Below are positions 48,412 through 57,069 of a DNA stretch of 64,000 bases, piece after piece (positions within the stretch are counted from its first letter, which is position 1; each line of letters begins with the position of its first letter). Location of the stretch: NCBI GenBank assembly GCA_902614235.1, contig CACMKG010000001.1, forward strand, positions 340,916 to 404,915, in the 5' to 3' direction. The notes beneath the pieces are model-generated. The model saw only the letters and a program-made list of their open reading frames with translations, was not told the origin of the DNA and made no database searches. The position numbers and the translations under genes are program-made. The DNA comes from an uncultured SAR86 cluster bacterium. GTDB taxonomy: Bacteria > Pseudomonadota > Gammaproteobacteria > Magnimaribacterales > AG-339-G14.

Positions 48412-49440
48412 TTACTTATTAACTTTTAACTTTTCTTGCAAACCCTTGTTTGAAGTTGTGTAGCCAAAGGGAACTCTTTCACCTGGGTTAATTCTTTTAA
48501 ATGCTTCTTGAACTGCTAGGGTGGTTTCGTGAAAACCACAAAGAATTAAATCAAGTTTTCCAGGGTAGTGATTTATATCACCCACTGCAAATATACCTGA
48601 CTTATCTGTCTCAAAATTTTCTGTATTTACTAGAATTTTATTATTTTCTAGTGCAACTCCCCAATCATGTATTGGACCAAGTTGTTTATTTAAACCAAAA
48701 AAGAAGATAGATTCATCACATTTTATTGTTTCGATTTCTTTTGTTTCAAAGTGCAATAAATCTACGCCAGAAAAACTTTTGTCTCCTTTAATTTCTTTAA
48801 TTACATAGGGTACCTTAAGAATAATGTTTCCCTCTTCTATCAGTGCTCTCATTTTCTTTTCAGTATGCTGTGCACCTCTAAATTCATCTCGCCTATGTAT
48901 AAGATAAATTTTCTTAGCAATTTTTGCTAATTCTACTGACCAATCAAGAGCACTGTCTCCACCTCCAAAAATAGCTACTTCTTTGTCTTTATAAATAGAT
49001 TTATCTTTAACGGCATAATTGGTTCCTTTGCCTAAAAATTTATCCGGATTCATTACCGGAGGCTTTCTAGGTTCAAAAGAGCCAGCCCCAGCAGCTATAA
49101 AAATATTTTTTGTTATGAATTCTTGCCCCTCACTCGTTTTTAATTTCCAAGAATCTTTAAACTCAGAAATTTCGTTAACTCTTTGGTTTAAATGTACCTC
49201 ATAATCGAATGGCTCGATTTGCTTTAGAAGCGCATCTATATGTTCTTTTCCCGTTTGATTAGCAACTCCGGGAATATCATAAATTGGTTTTTCAGGATAA
49301 AGCTCGATGCATTGTCCACCTACTTTATCTAAGTTATCTATAAGATGACAATTGAGGCCTAATAAACCAGCTTCAAAAACTGTAAACAAACCAACCGGTC
49401 CAGCTCCAATTATTACAATATCTGTTTCAATTAATTTCAT
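48412..49440 (-). CDS. Ferredoxin-NADP(+) reductase, thioredoxin-reductase-like type
   Basis: Motifs IIGAGPVG, GGQCIELYPEKPIYDIPG, GGGDSALDW and VGDI. No CxxC redox pair, as in YumC-type FNRs. Confidence 0.75.
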   Translation of the reverse strand: MKLIETDIVIIGAGPVGLFTVFEAGLLGLNCHLIDNLDKVGGQCIELYPEKPIYDIPGVANQTGKEHIDALLKQIEPFDYEVHLNQRVNEISEFKDSWKLKTSEGQEFITKNIFIAAGAGSFEPRKPPVMNPDKFLGKGTNYAVKDKSIYKDKEVAIFGGGDSALDWSVELAKIAKKIYLIHRRDEFRGAQHTEKKMRALIEEGNIILKVPYVIKEIKGDKSFSGVDLLHFETKEIETIKCDESIFFFGLNKQLGPIHDWGVALENNKILVNTENFETDKSGIFAVGDINHYPGKLDLILCGFHETTLAVQEAFKRINPGERVPFGYTTSNKGLQEKLKVNK

Positions 49441-49443
49441 ATT

Positions 49444-49776
49444 TTAAGTAACTCTCATTCCAGGTAATGATCCTTGGTCAGGAGAGACAATATATACTCC
49501 AGATTCGTCATCACTTGCAGCTAAAATCATTCCCTCAGAGAGGCCAAATCTCATCTTTCTTGGTTTTAAATTTGCAACACAAATAACAAGTTTTCCTATT
49601 AAGTTGGCAGGATCATAATATTTTTTTATTCCCGCAAAAACCTGTCTCTTTCCCAAAGATCCTAAATCTAAAAATAATTTTACTAATTTATCTGCATCTT
49701 CGACTGGTTCAGCACTTTCGACCTTAGCTACTCTTAAATTAATTTTTATAAAATCTTCAATTTCTATTTCATCCAT
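49444..49776 (-). CDS. Stand-alone tRNA-binding (Trbp111/CsaA/EMAPII-like OB-fold) domain protein = detached MetRS C-terminal domain
   Basis: [27 protein letters not shown]....QVFAGIK.YY.P..L.GK.V..VANL.PRKMRFG.SEGM.LAA is collinear with the C-terminal roughly 100 aa of E. coli MetG. Its ATG overlaps the metG stop (ATGGATGA). Confidence 0.8.
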   Translation of the reverse strand: MDEIEIEDFIKINLRVAKVESAEPVEDADKLVKLFLDLGSLGKRQVFAGIKKYYDPANLIGKLVICVANLKPRKMRFGLSEGMILAASDDESGVYIVSPDQGSLPGMRVT

Positions 49777-51397
49777 TTTTGCTTATTTCTATTAATTTCT
49801 CAATTTCCACTTCTTCTATTCTTAATATTAAAGGATTGAAAGAATCTATTTCATGATTTTTCAAATAAAAAGAAACGTTATCAACACTGTCCTTACATTT
49901 TAAATATTTTTTAATCTTTTCTGAAGTTTCTGGAATAACTGGCTCTAAGTATAGATTTAAAATTTTAAATAAATTAATTGCTGTAGATGCAATTTTGCGA
50001 ACTTTTTCTTTATTGTTAGATTCTTTATTTAGTATCCAAGGCTTATTAGAGTCGATGTACTGGTTTGCTCTATCTGCAAGAGTCATGATTTCTTTCAAGG
50101 CTTTCGAATAATTTCTATCTAAATAGTGATTAAAAATTTCATTTTTCTTATTTGAGAATTCATCTATAAGATCTTCATCTAAATCATTAGAGAGAATATT
50201 GTTAAACTCCTTTAAGAAACCTTGACTTCTACTTGCGATGTTTACAAATTTACCTACTAAGTCTGTATTAACTTTTTTTTGAAAATCCAACAGATCTAAA
50301 TCTAAATCATCAATACCGTTTGATAATTTAGTGGCCAAAAAATATCTCATATAATCTGGATTTAATAGATTCAAATAATCATCAATCAAAAGAAAATTAC
50401 CTTTTGATTTAGACATTTTTTTACCATTGAGTGTCATAAAACCGTGGACAAAGACATTTGAAGGTTTTTTAAAATCAGAAGCATCCAGAAGGGCCGGCCA
50501 AAATAAAGTATGAAAATTCATAATATCCTTTCCAATGAAATGATAAATTTCTGATTCATTCCATAATTCTTCTGCCGAAATCGAGGAAGAATTTTCTGAC
50601 AAAAAGTTATCTAAAATTGCAATATAACCGATCGGTGCGTCAAGCCATACGTAAAAATATTTTTTGGGAAAACCAGGAATAGAAAAACCAAAATATGGTT
50701 CGTCTCTACTTATGTCCCATGGCTTTAAACCCTCTTCAAACCATTCTTTTAATTTATTTTTAACTCCATCTTGAAGATCTGTTTTATCAATCCATTTTAG
50801 TAATTTTTTTTCTTGTTTCGACAAATCAAAAAATAAATGTTCACTTTCTTTGATTGACGGAGTTTCACCACTAAATATTGATATTGGATCTATTAAATCA
50901 GTTGCTTCATATTTAGCGCCACATTCTTCACAGTTATCTCCATATTGATGCTTTGCTCCGCATGAGGGACATGTCCCTTGTACGTATCTGTCTGCTAAGA
51001 ATAGACCTTTTGATTCATCATAAAATTGCTCAATAGTTTCATTCTGAATAAAATTATTTTTCTGGGATCTTAAGAAGATTAATTCACTATATTTCTTATT
51101 TTCATTGCTGTGAGTGGTGTAATAATTATCATGATTTATGTGGAACCCTTTGAGAGTCTTTTCATGATCTTTAGTGAATTGTTTTACTAAATCTTCGGGT
51201 TTTATATTTTCTGATTCAGCTTTCATCATTATCGGAGTGCCATGAGCATCGCTGGCACAAAGATAAATGCATTTTTCTTTCAAGAGTCTGTTTGTCCTTA
51301 CCCAGATGTCTGTTTGAATGTGTTCTAATAAATGACCAAAATGAAGAGGGCCATTAGCATAAGGTAATGCAGAAGTTATTATTAGTTGTTTAGACAT
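49769..51397 (-). CDS. metG: Methionine-tRNA ligase (catalytic core, lacking the C-terminal tRNA-binding domain)
   Basis: N-terminus [17 protein letters not shown] (HIGH), zinc knuckles CPSCGA..CEECGA, and KMSKSKGN. Confidence 0.9.
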   Translation of the reverse strand: MSKQLIITSALPYANGPLHFGHLLEHIQTDIWVRTNRLLKEKCIYLCASDAHGTPIMMKAESENIKPEDLVKQFTKDHEKTLKGFHINHDNYYTTHSNENKKYSELIFLRSQKNNFIQNETIEQFYDESKGLFLADRYVQGTCPSCGAKHQYGDNCEECGAKYEATDLIDPISIFSGETPSIKESEHLFFDLSKQEKKLLKWIDKTDLQDGVKNKLKEWFEEGLKPWDISRDEPYFGFSIPGFPKKYFYVWLDAPIGYIAILDNFLSENSSSISAEELWNESEIYHFIGKDIMNFHTLFWPALLDASDFKKPSNVFVHGFMTLNGKKMSKSKGNFLLIDDYLNLLNPDYMRYFLATKLSNGIDDLDLDLLDFQKKVNTDLVGKFVNIASRSQGFLKEFNNILSNDLDEDLIDEFSNKKNEIFNHYLDRNYSKALKEIMTLADRANQYIDSNKPWILNKESNNKEKVRKIASTAINLFKILNLYLEPVIPETSEKIKKYLKCKDSVDNVSFYLKNHEIDSFNPLILRIEEVEIEKLIEISKNG

Positions 51398-51436
51398 GTT
51401 ATAAATTGTTATTGTAATGGAAAAAAAACAAATATT

Positions 51437-52132
51437 ATGTTTCGATCATTTTTAATAATATTCTTAATCTTCTCTCAATTGTCTCTTTCGTCAGAGAAAG
51501 AGAATTCCGATCCATTTGAAAGTTTAAACAGAAAGACTCATGCTTTTAATATGACTTTGGACGACTGGGTTATTAGACCAATTGCAGAAACTTATGATTT
51601 TATAATTCCAGATTTTGTTCAAATCGGTTTTTCTAATTTATTTGATAATTTGGGCACACCATTATCTGCCGCTAATAATTTAATACAATTAAAACCATTA
51701 GGTTTCATATCCGAAACTTCTAGATTTATTTTAAATTCCACTTTGGGTATTTTTGGACTTTTTGATGTTGCATCGGGATTTGGAATTAAAGAGAGAAATG
51801 AGGATTTTGGTCAGTCCTTAGGTATTTTGGGTATTGAAAGCGGAGCTTATCTTGTTATTCCTCTCTTTGGCCCTTCTTCGATTAGGGATGGCATTGGATT
51901 AGTACCTAATTATTATTTAAGACCTGATTTGGTTAGACTTGAAGATAATAAATCAGACTTAGCCCTAAATGGCTTGTCTCTTGTTAACTTGAGAGCTGGT
52001 CTACTTAGCATTTCTGACCTTAGTGGAAACGACCAATATAGCTTTTATAGAGATGCATACCTACAAAGAAGAGAATATGAAATTAATGACGGGAAAATTG
52101 ATGAATCTTTATTTGATGATGATTTTGATTAA
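51437..52132 (+). CDS. mlaA: MlaA/VacJ family protein
   Basis: SDPFESLNRKTHAFN plus the downstream VacJ core. I prefer ATG 51437 (MFRSFLIIFLIFSQLSLSS signal peptide) over track start 51386, which overlaps metG and adds a non-signal-like extension. Confidence 0.8.
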   Translation: MFRSFLIIFLIFSQLSLSSEKENSDPFESLNRKTHAFNMTLDDWVIRPIAETYDFIIPDFVQIGFSNLFDNLGTPLSAANNLIQLKPLGFISETSRFILNSTLGIFGLFDVASGFGIKERNEDFGQSLGILGIESGAYLVIPLFGPSSIRDGIGLVPNYYLRPDLVRLEDNKSDLALNGLSLVNLRAGLLSISDLSGNDQYSFYRDAYLQRREYEINDGKIDESLFDDDFD

Positions 52133-53379
52133 TCAATAAATGAACCGTATACCATTGTGGCCATTTGAGGTCGAAGAGGAAAAGCATCACTCGGAATAAA
52201 TTGTGTCATAAATATTGCTAATAAATCTTCTTTAGGGTCAATCCAGAAATAAGTACTCGCCATTCCTCCCCAGTTATAGCTTCCTTTGCTTAAAGGACTT
52301 TGACTTGCAGCTGGATCAGTTGTAACCGCCATGCTAAGACCGTACCCCATTCCATGATATCTAACTTCACTAAAACTTCCACTGGAGCCCATATCAGCCA
52401 TCGTTTGACCATCTGGTAAATGGTTTAAAGTCATTAACTCGATCGTTTTTCTTGACAGAATTCTTTCTCCTTCTAATTCACCTCCATTAAGAAGCATTTG
52501 AAGAAATCTATAATATTCTTTTGCATTACTAATTAATCCACTGCCTCCACCATTAAAATCTCTAGGAGCAGAATATCTACTTTTTGTATCGCCAGGATCG
52601 TGTATGGTAATTTTTTTGTTTTCATTTCTGTGATAACAAACCGCTAAATCTTTAAGATCTTTTTCTTGAACATAAAAGCTGGTTTTCTCCATTTTCAAAG
52701 GCTTAAAAATATGATCTTCAAAATACTGATCTATTTTTTTTCCGGAAATAACCTCAACCAATCTAGCACAAATATCTATCGACACGCTGTAAAGCCATTG
52801 TTCGCCTGGACTAAACTCCAGCGGAAGAGACGCAATACGCTTTGTAAATTCTTCCAAATCAATTTTCTCTTTAGATACTAAGGCCTTTGTTGGATCCGAA
52901 ATTTTAAAAATTTTACGATAAGCATCATCAACGTGAGACCTAAAATTTATACTGTAACTTAGCCCAGACGTATGAGTTAACAAATCACGAACAACCATAG
53001 GTCTTTTTACCGGTTCTGTCATAAACAGAGGGTAAGAACCCGAAACATATACTTGCTGATTATTAAATTCAGGAAGAAATTTTGATACAGGATCAGATAA
53101 TTGAAAAAAACCTTTTTCAAAAAGTTGCATCAAGGCTACACCAGTAACAGGCTTTGTCATTGAATAAATTCTAAAGAGAGTGTTTTCATCTATAGGCAAA
53201 TCATTTTCTAAATCTCTCTTTCCTTGTGAATGAAAATGAACAATCGATCCTTTTCTAGCAACTAGAGTCTGAGTGCCAGCTAGTTTTTCAGGACCAACAT
53301 ATTTTTCCATAAGCATTTTGTCGAAATCTTTTAGTCTTTCTGATGAGAGACCAACTGACTCAGGTTTTTCTATTTTCAT
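52129..53379 (-). CDS. Serine hydrolase, beta-lactamase/EstB (class C-like) family
   Basis: SxxK motif in FRIYSMTKPVTG, plus a Tyr-containing second motif (LSYS). 416 aa. No signal peptide is evident. Confidence 0.8.
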   Translation of the reverse strand: MKIEKPESVGLSSERLKDFDKMLMEKYVGPEKLAGTQTLVARKGSIVHFHSQGKRDLENDLPIDENTLFRIYSMTKPVTGVALMQLFEKGFFQLSDPVSKFLPEFNNQQVYVSGSYPLFMTEPVKRPMVVRDLLTHTSGLSYSINFRSHVDDAYRKIFKISDPTKALVSKEKIDLEEFTKRIASLPLEFSPGEQWLYSVSIDICARLVEVISGKKIDQYFEDHIFKPLKMEKTSFYVQEKDLKDLAVCYHRNENKKITIHDPGDTKSRYSAPRDFNGGGSGLISNAKEYYRFLQMLLNGGELEGERILSRKTIELMTLNHLPDGQTMADMGSSGSFSEVRYHGMGYGLSMAVTTDPAASQSPLSKGSYNWGGMASTYFWIDPKEDLLAIFMTQFIPSDAFPLRPQMATMVYGSFID

Positions 53380-53818
53380 ATTCTCCCCTTGCTTTTTGTT
53401 TAGATTCGATAAAATCTGGATGAGATATGTAAATTAAATCAGAAACCTTTCTAATTACATATTCTTCATATTTATCAATGTTTCCATCAGCATAAGCAAT
53501 TTTCCACATCGATAATATCAAATTCTTTTTATCATCAAACTCGTATTCATCGTTAATTTTTCTTGTAAATTCATATAAAGAAGTAGAAGAGTTTTGATTT
53601 TTTTTAGCATCTGATATCAAATTTTCCAAATCAGCCTCTTCAACATCAAATTCTTCAAGTAAAACGTTTTTTAAGGTTTCAATTTCTGAAATATCCATTA
53701 TTTCATCAGCTAAACTGACTTCTATCATTAATGAAATTGCCGAAAGTAAAACCGAGTTGTTTAGAGTAGGCTCTTCTTCTTTTGATTCATTAAAAAACCT
53801 TTTAAAAAAATTTTTCAT
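53360..53818 (-). CDS. TerB-family (tellurite-resistance-like) protein
   Basis: The pattern MIEVSLADEIMDISE......L...F......E.L...A.........LYEFTR.IN........K..L...MW.IAYADG.ID.YEE..IRKV.DL..I.H.DF matches common 150-aa TerB-family proteins as recalled. Confidence 0.75.
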   Translation of the reverse strand: MKNFFKRFFNESKEEEPTLNNSVLLSAISLMIEVSLADEIMDISEIETLKNVLLEEFDVEEADLENLISDAKKNQNSSTSLYEFTRKINDEYEFDDKKNLILSMWKIAYADGNIDKYEEYVIRKVSDLIYISHPDFIESKQKARGEYENRKT

Positions 53819-54780
53819 GCTACATTTTCAAAATTATCATTTATAAGGTCAATGATCTCATCTTTTGCTTGTTTAAAGTAGCAAGAATTAGAAAGGAGAA
53901 CTCTTATTTTTTTTGCATTTTTAAGACCATTATATAGCCCATGCATATGTATTAAGCCTTTCTTAATATCATTTTGATTTTTTAGAGTTTCAAAATAATC
54001 GAACATATTTTTTGTAATGTCACTTAGGGATGAATTAGTATCTTTTATCCCATAAAAATTTGAATCAATATTTTCTAATTTCCTTGGGTAGGAATAAGCT
54101 TCTCTACCTATCATAATTCCATCTAATTCAGAAAACTCTTCTTTTTGATTATAGTAATCAGTTATTCCGCCATTAATAATTATTTTTAAATTAGGAAAAT
54201 CCCTTTTTAATTTCTTCACTCTAGAGTAATTTAATGGAGGTATTTCTCTATTATCCTTAGGACTTAATTTATCTAAAATTGCTTTTCTAGCATGCACATA
54301 AAAAACTTTAATACCTGTTTCTGCAAGTTGACTGATAAAATCGTCTAGACTTTTATCTATGTCATTGTCGTTTATTCCTAATCTTATTTTTACAGAAATA
54401 TTTTTAGTTGAGTTTTCTTGCATTGCAATTAAACACTTTTGAACCGTTTCAGGATGATCCATAAGCGCAGCTCCAAAATTACCACTTTTAACTTTTGGAC
54501 TAGGACAACCAAGATTTAAATTTATTTCGTCATAGTTGTAATGTTCAGCCATTTTGCAGACTTTTGATAAAGAATCTGGATCATTTCCACCTAATTGCAA
54601 GACTATTGGATTTTCTATTTCAAAGTAATCATCTAACCTATTTCTATTGCCAAACAAAATAGAGTTGGTGTGAATCATCTCAGTAAAAAGAACAGCTTTC
54701 CTAGTAAGTTGTCGTACTAGGTATCTAAAATGTCTATCTGTTCTAGCCATCATAGGGGCTATGCAAAAGGATCTATCCAT
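53815..54780 (-). CDS. dusA: tRNA-dihydrouridine(20/20a) synthase
   Basis: APMMARTDRHFRYL, QLGGNDP, YDEINLNLGCPS, HARKA.L..LSPK.NREIPPL.Y.RV..LKRDFP and INGGI are collinear with E. coli DusA. Confidence 0.9.
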   Translation of the reverse strand: MDRSFCIAPMMARTDRHFRYLVRQLTRKAVLFTEMIHTNSILFGNRNRLDDYFEIENPIVLQLGGNDPDSLSKVCKMAEHYNYDEINLNLGCPSPKVKSGNFGAALMDHPETVQKCLIAMQENSTKNISVKIRLGINDNDIDKSLDDFISQLAETGIKVFYVHARKAILDKLSPKDNREIPPLNYSRVKKLKRDFPNLKIIINGGITDYYNQKEEFSELDGIMIGREAYSYPRKLENIDSNFYGIKDTNSSLSDITKNMFDYFETLKNQNDIKKGLIHMHGLYNGLKNAKKIRVLLSNSCYFKQAKDEIIDLINDNFENVA

Positions 54781-54783
54781 AAA

Positions 54784-56235
54784 TTATAAAAAGTAAATTA
54801 CTGAGAATAATCCAACTACAGTCAATACTATTGTGTAAGGCAAGGCCAAAAGGACCATTCTCAAATAAGAGAGACCGATTAAAGGGGCAATTGATGAAGT
54901 TAATAGAAATAAAAAAGCAGCCTGACCATTTGGTGTTGCAACACTTGGAAGGTTGGTTCCAGTGTTTATAGCGATTGCTAGTAAATCAAACTGCTTTCTA
55001 GAGATTAGACCAGTATCCAAGGCTTCTTTTACTTCACTTATGTAAATAGTCGCTACAAAAACATTATCACTTATCATTGAAAGTATTCCGTTAGCGAGAA
55101 AAAACATTGGAACCTGTAAGTCAAAATTTAAAGTAAGAACATATCCTATTACTGGAGAAAATAAGTGTTGATCGTGGATTACAGCAACAATCACGAAAAA
55201 AACTACTAAAAGCGCTGTGAAAGGTAATGCTTCTTCAAAAGCTTTCCCTAGGTCGTGCTCTTTAATTATTCCATTGAAGGCAGTTAAAAGAACAATGACC
55301 ATTAATCCTATTAAGCCGACAGAAGCTACATTAAAAGCTAAAGATAAAATTAAAATAATTACTACTGCAAATTGAGTAAATAATTTTGTTTTATCATTTA
55401 AAGTTCTTTTTTTATCCTCTTCTGCACCAAAATTCTCAATAACTAATCTCAAATCATCAGAAAGTTCAGCACCGTATCCAAATAATTTAAACTTTTCTAT
55501 AAAGTAACAAGTTAATATTCCAAAAATAAAAACCGGAAAAGAAATCGGCAGCATTTGGATAAAAAATTCTAAAAAATTCCATCCTGCAATCGATCCGATT
55601 AATAAATTTTGAGGCTCACCTACAATAGTACTCACACCACCCAGCGCAGTTCCAACTGCTCCATGCATTAGTAAATTTCTTAAAAATGCTTTGAACTGGT
55701 CTAAATCAGATTCTGATTTTTTCGCTTCTTGAAAAACATAATAAAATCCAACAGCAACAGCGATTAAAACGGCAGTTACTGTAAGGGCATCTAAGAAAGC
55801 TGACAAAACTGCAGCACTAATTACAAATAAAACAGATAAAGTTCTTTTATTTTTAACATTGACTAAAAGTTTTGTAAAAATATACAAAAGAAAGTCCTTC
55901 ATAAAATATATTCCTGCGACCATAAATACAAGTAGCAAAATAACTTTTAAATTTAATTCTACTTCATGATAAATATTTTTTGTGTTGGTAAGACCCATCA
56001 ATACTGATTGGATAGCTATTAACCCTCCAGGCTGAAGAGGGTAACAATTCAGCGCCATCGCAAGAGTCAATATAAATTGAGCTAAAATAATCCAGCCCAT
56101 GATGAAACCAGCTTCAGAAATAATATTGCTTAAAAAGATGTATATTAGTGGATTGAAAGCCAAGAAAATAATTATTAAATTCTTGTACCATTTAGGTGCT
56201 TCACCGAGGAAATTATTATAAAAGTTTAAAAGCAT
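54784..56235 (-). CDS. nhaB: Na(+)/H(+) antiporter NhaB
   Basis: 483 aa, polytopic. The N-terminus [23 protein letters not shown] corresponds to NhaB FLGNSPDWYK..I..FL..NP. Confidence 0.85.
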   Translation of the reverse strand: MLLNFYNNFLGEAPKWYKNLIIIFLAFNPLIYIFLSNIISEAGFIMGWIILAQFILTLAMALNCYPLQPGGLIAIQSVLMGLTNTKNIYHEVELNLKVILLLVFMVAGIYFMKDFLLYIFTKLLVNVKNKRTLSVLFVISAAVLSAFLDALTVTAVLIAVAVGFYYVFQEAKKSESDLDQFKAFLRNLLMHGAVGTALGGVSTIVGEPQNLLIGSIAGWNFLEFFIQMLPISFPVFIFGILTCYFIEKFKLFGYGAELSDDLRLVIENFGAEEDKKRTLNDKTKLFTQFAVVIILILSLAFNVASVGLIGLMVIVLLTAFNGIIKEHDLGKAFEEALPFTALLVVFFVIVAVIHDQHLFSPVIGYVLTLNFDLQVPMFFLANGILSMISDNVFVATIYISEVKEALDTGLISRKQFDLLAIAINTGTNLPSVATPNGQAAFLFLLTSSIAPLIGLSYLRMVLLALPYTIVLTVVGLFSVIYFL

Positions 56236-56247
56236 GGAAAAAATATT

Positions 56248-57069
56248 TTGCTAAATTTTACCCCTAGTAATTTTATTGAAAAAGAAAGTGAAGAGTCAAA
56301 ATTCTTTGTACTAGATAATGATTCTTTGTTAATTTTTTCAAATGAGCAATTCATAAGACCTATTTCAAGCAATGAGCTTAAATGGTCAGGATTAGATGTC
56401 AATGAAAAACATTTTCTTGGTTTTTTAAATGATGACCCTTGTTATGTTGTTTCCGTAAAAAAAGAAGGGTGCGTGTTAGAAAATCATGAGTTTTTAAATT
56501 TAAGAGCATTATTTGGTAGGGTTCCAGATGAACTATTTGGAGCAATTTCTCGGGCGTTACAAATTATAAATTGGTCAAGATCAAATAAATTCTGTGGGAA
56601 ATGTGGTTCTCCTTTAACAGAAGAAGGAAAAGAAAGAGCAATGATCTGTACAAATTGTGATGCCGATCCTTTATATCCTAGAATATCGCCGTGCGTAATA
56701 ACTTTGATCCATAAAGAAAATAAAGTTTTATTGGCACATAACGTTAATTTTCCAGATAACTTTTATAGTACTCTTGCTGGTTTTATTGAGCCGGGAGAAT
56801 CAGTAGAAGAGGCTCTTAAAAGAGAAGTAATTGAAGAGATCGGAGTAGAAGTTGACAACATAAGTTATTTTGGAAGCCAGACTTGGCCTTTTCCGAGTCA
56901 ACTAATGCTTGGATATTTTGCGGAATATAAATCAGGTGAAATTGTTCCTGATCAAATAGAAATCGATAAAGCAGATTGGTTCGATATAAATAATTTGCCT
57001 AATGTTCCGCCGTCAAATATTTCAATCTCGGGAAAACTGATAGAAGCATATAAGAATAAATTTAACTAG
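56248..57069 (+). CDS. nudC: NAD(+) diphosphatase (NADH pyrophosphatase)
   Basis: Zn ribbon CGKCGS...[15 protein letters not shown] and Nudix box [26 protein letters not shown] start; no in-frame ATG lies nearby. Confidence 0.85.
   Translation: MLNFTPSNFIEKESEESKFFVLDNDSLLIFSNEQFIRPISSNELKWSGLDVNEKHFLGFLNDDPCYVVSVKKEGCVLENHEFLNLRALFGRVPDELFGAISRALQIINWSRSNKFCGKCGSPLTEEGKERAMICTNCDADPLYPRISPCVITLIHKENKVLLAHNVNFPDNFYSTLAGFIEPGESVEEALKREVIEEIGVEVDNISYFGSQTWPFPSQLMLGYFAEYKSGEIVPDQIEIDKADWFDINNLPNVPPSNISISGKLIEAYKNKFN

Noticed and set aside
51386-51436. Upstream extension of mlaA (track start 51386)
   Set aside because: The extension overlaps the metG start and adds [17 protein letters not shown] ahead of an obvious signal peptide, so the internal ATG at 51437 is the better start.
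53815-56235. Genomic island integrated at the 5' end of dusA
   Set aside because: dusA is a known integration site, but the gene is intact. nhaB follows 3 nt upstream, and there is no integrase and no repeat.
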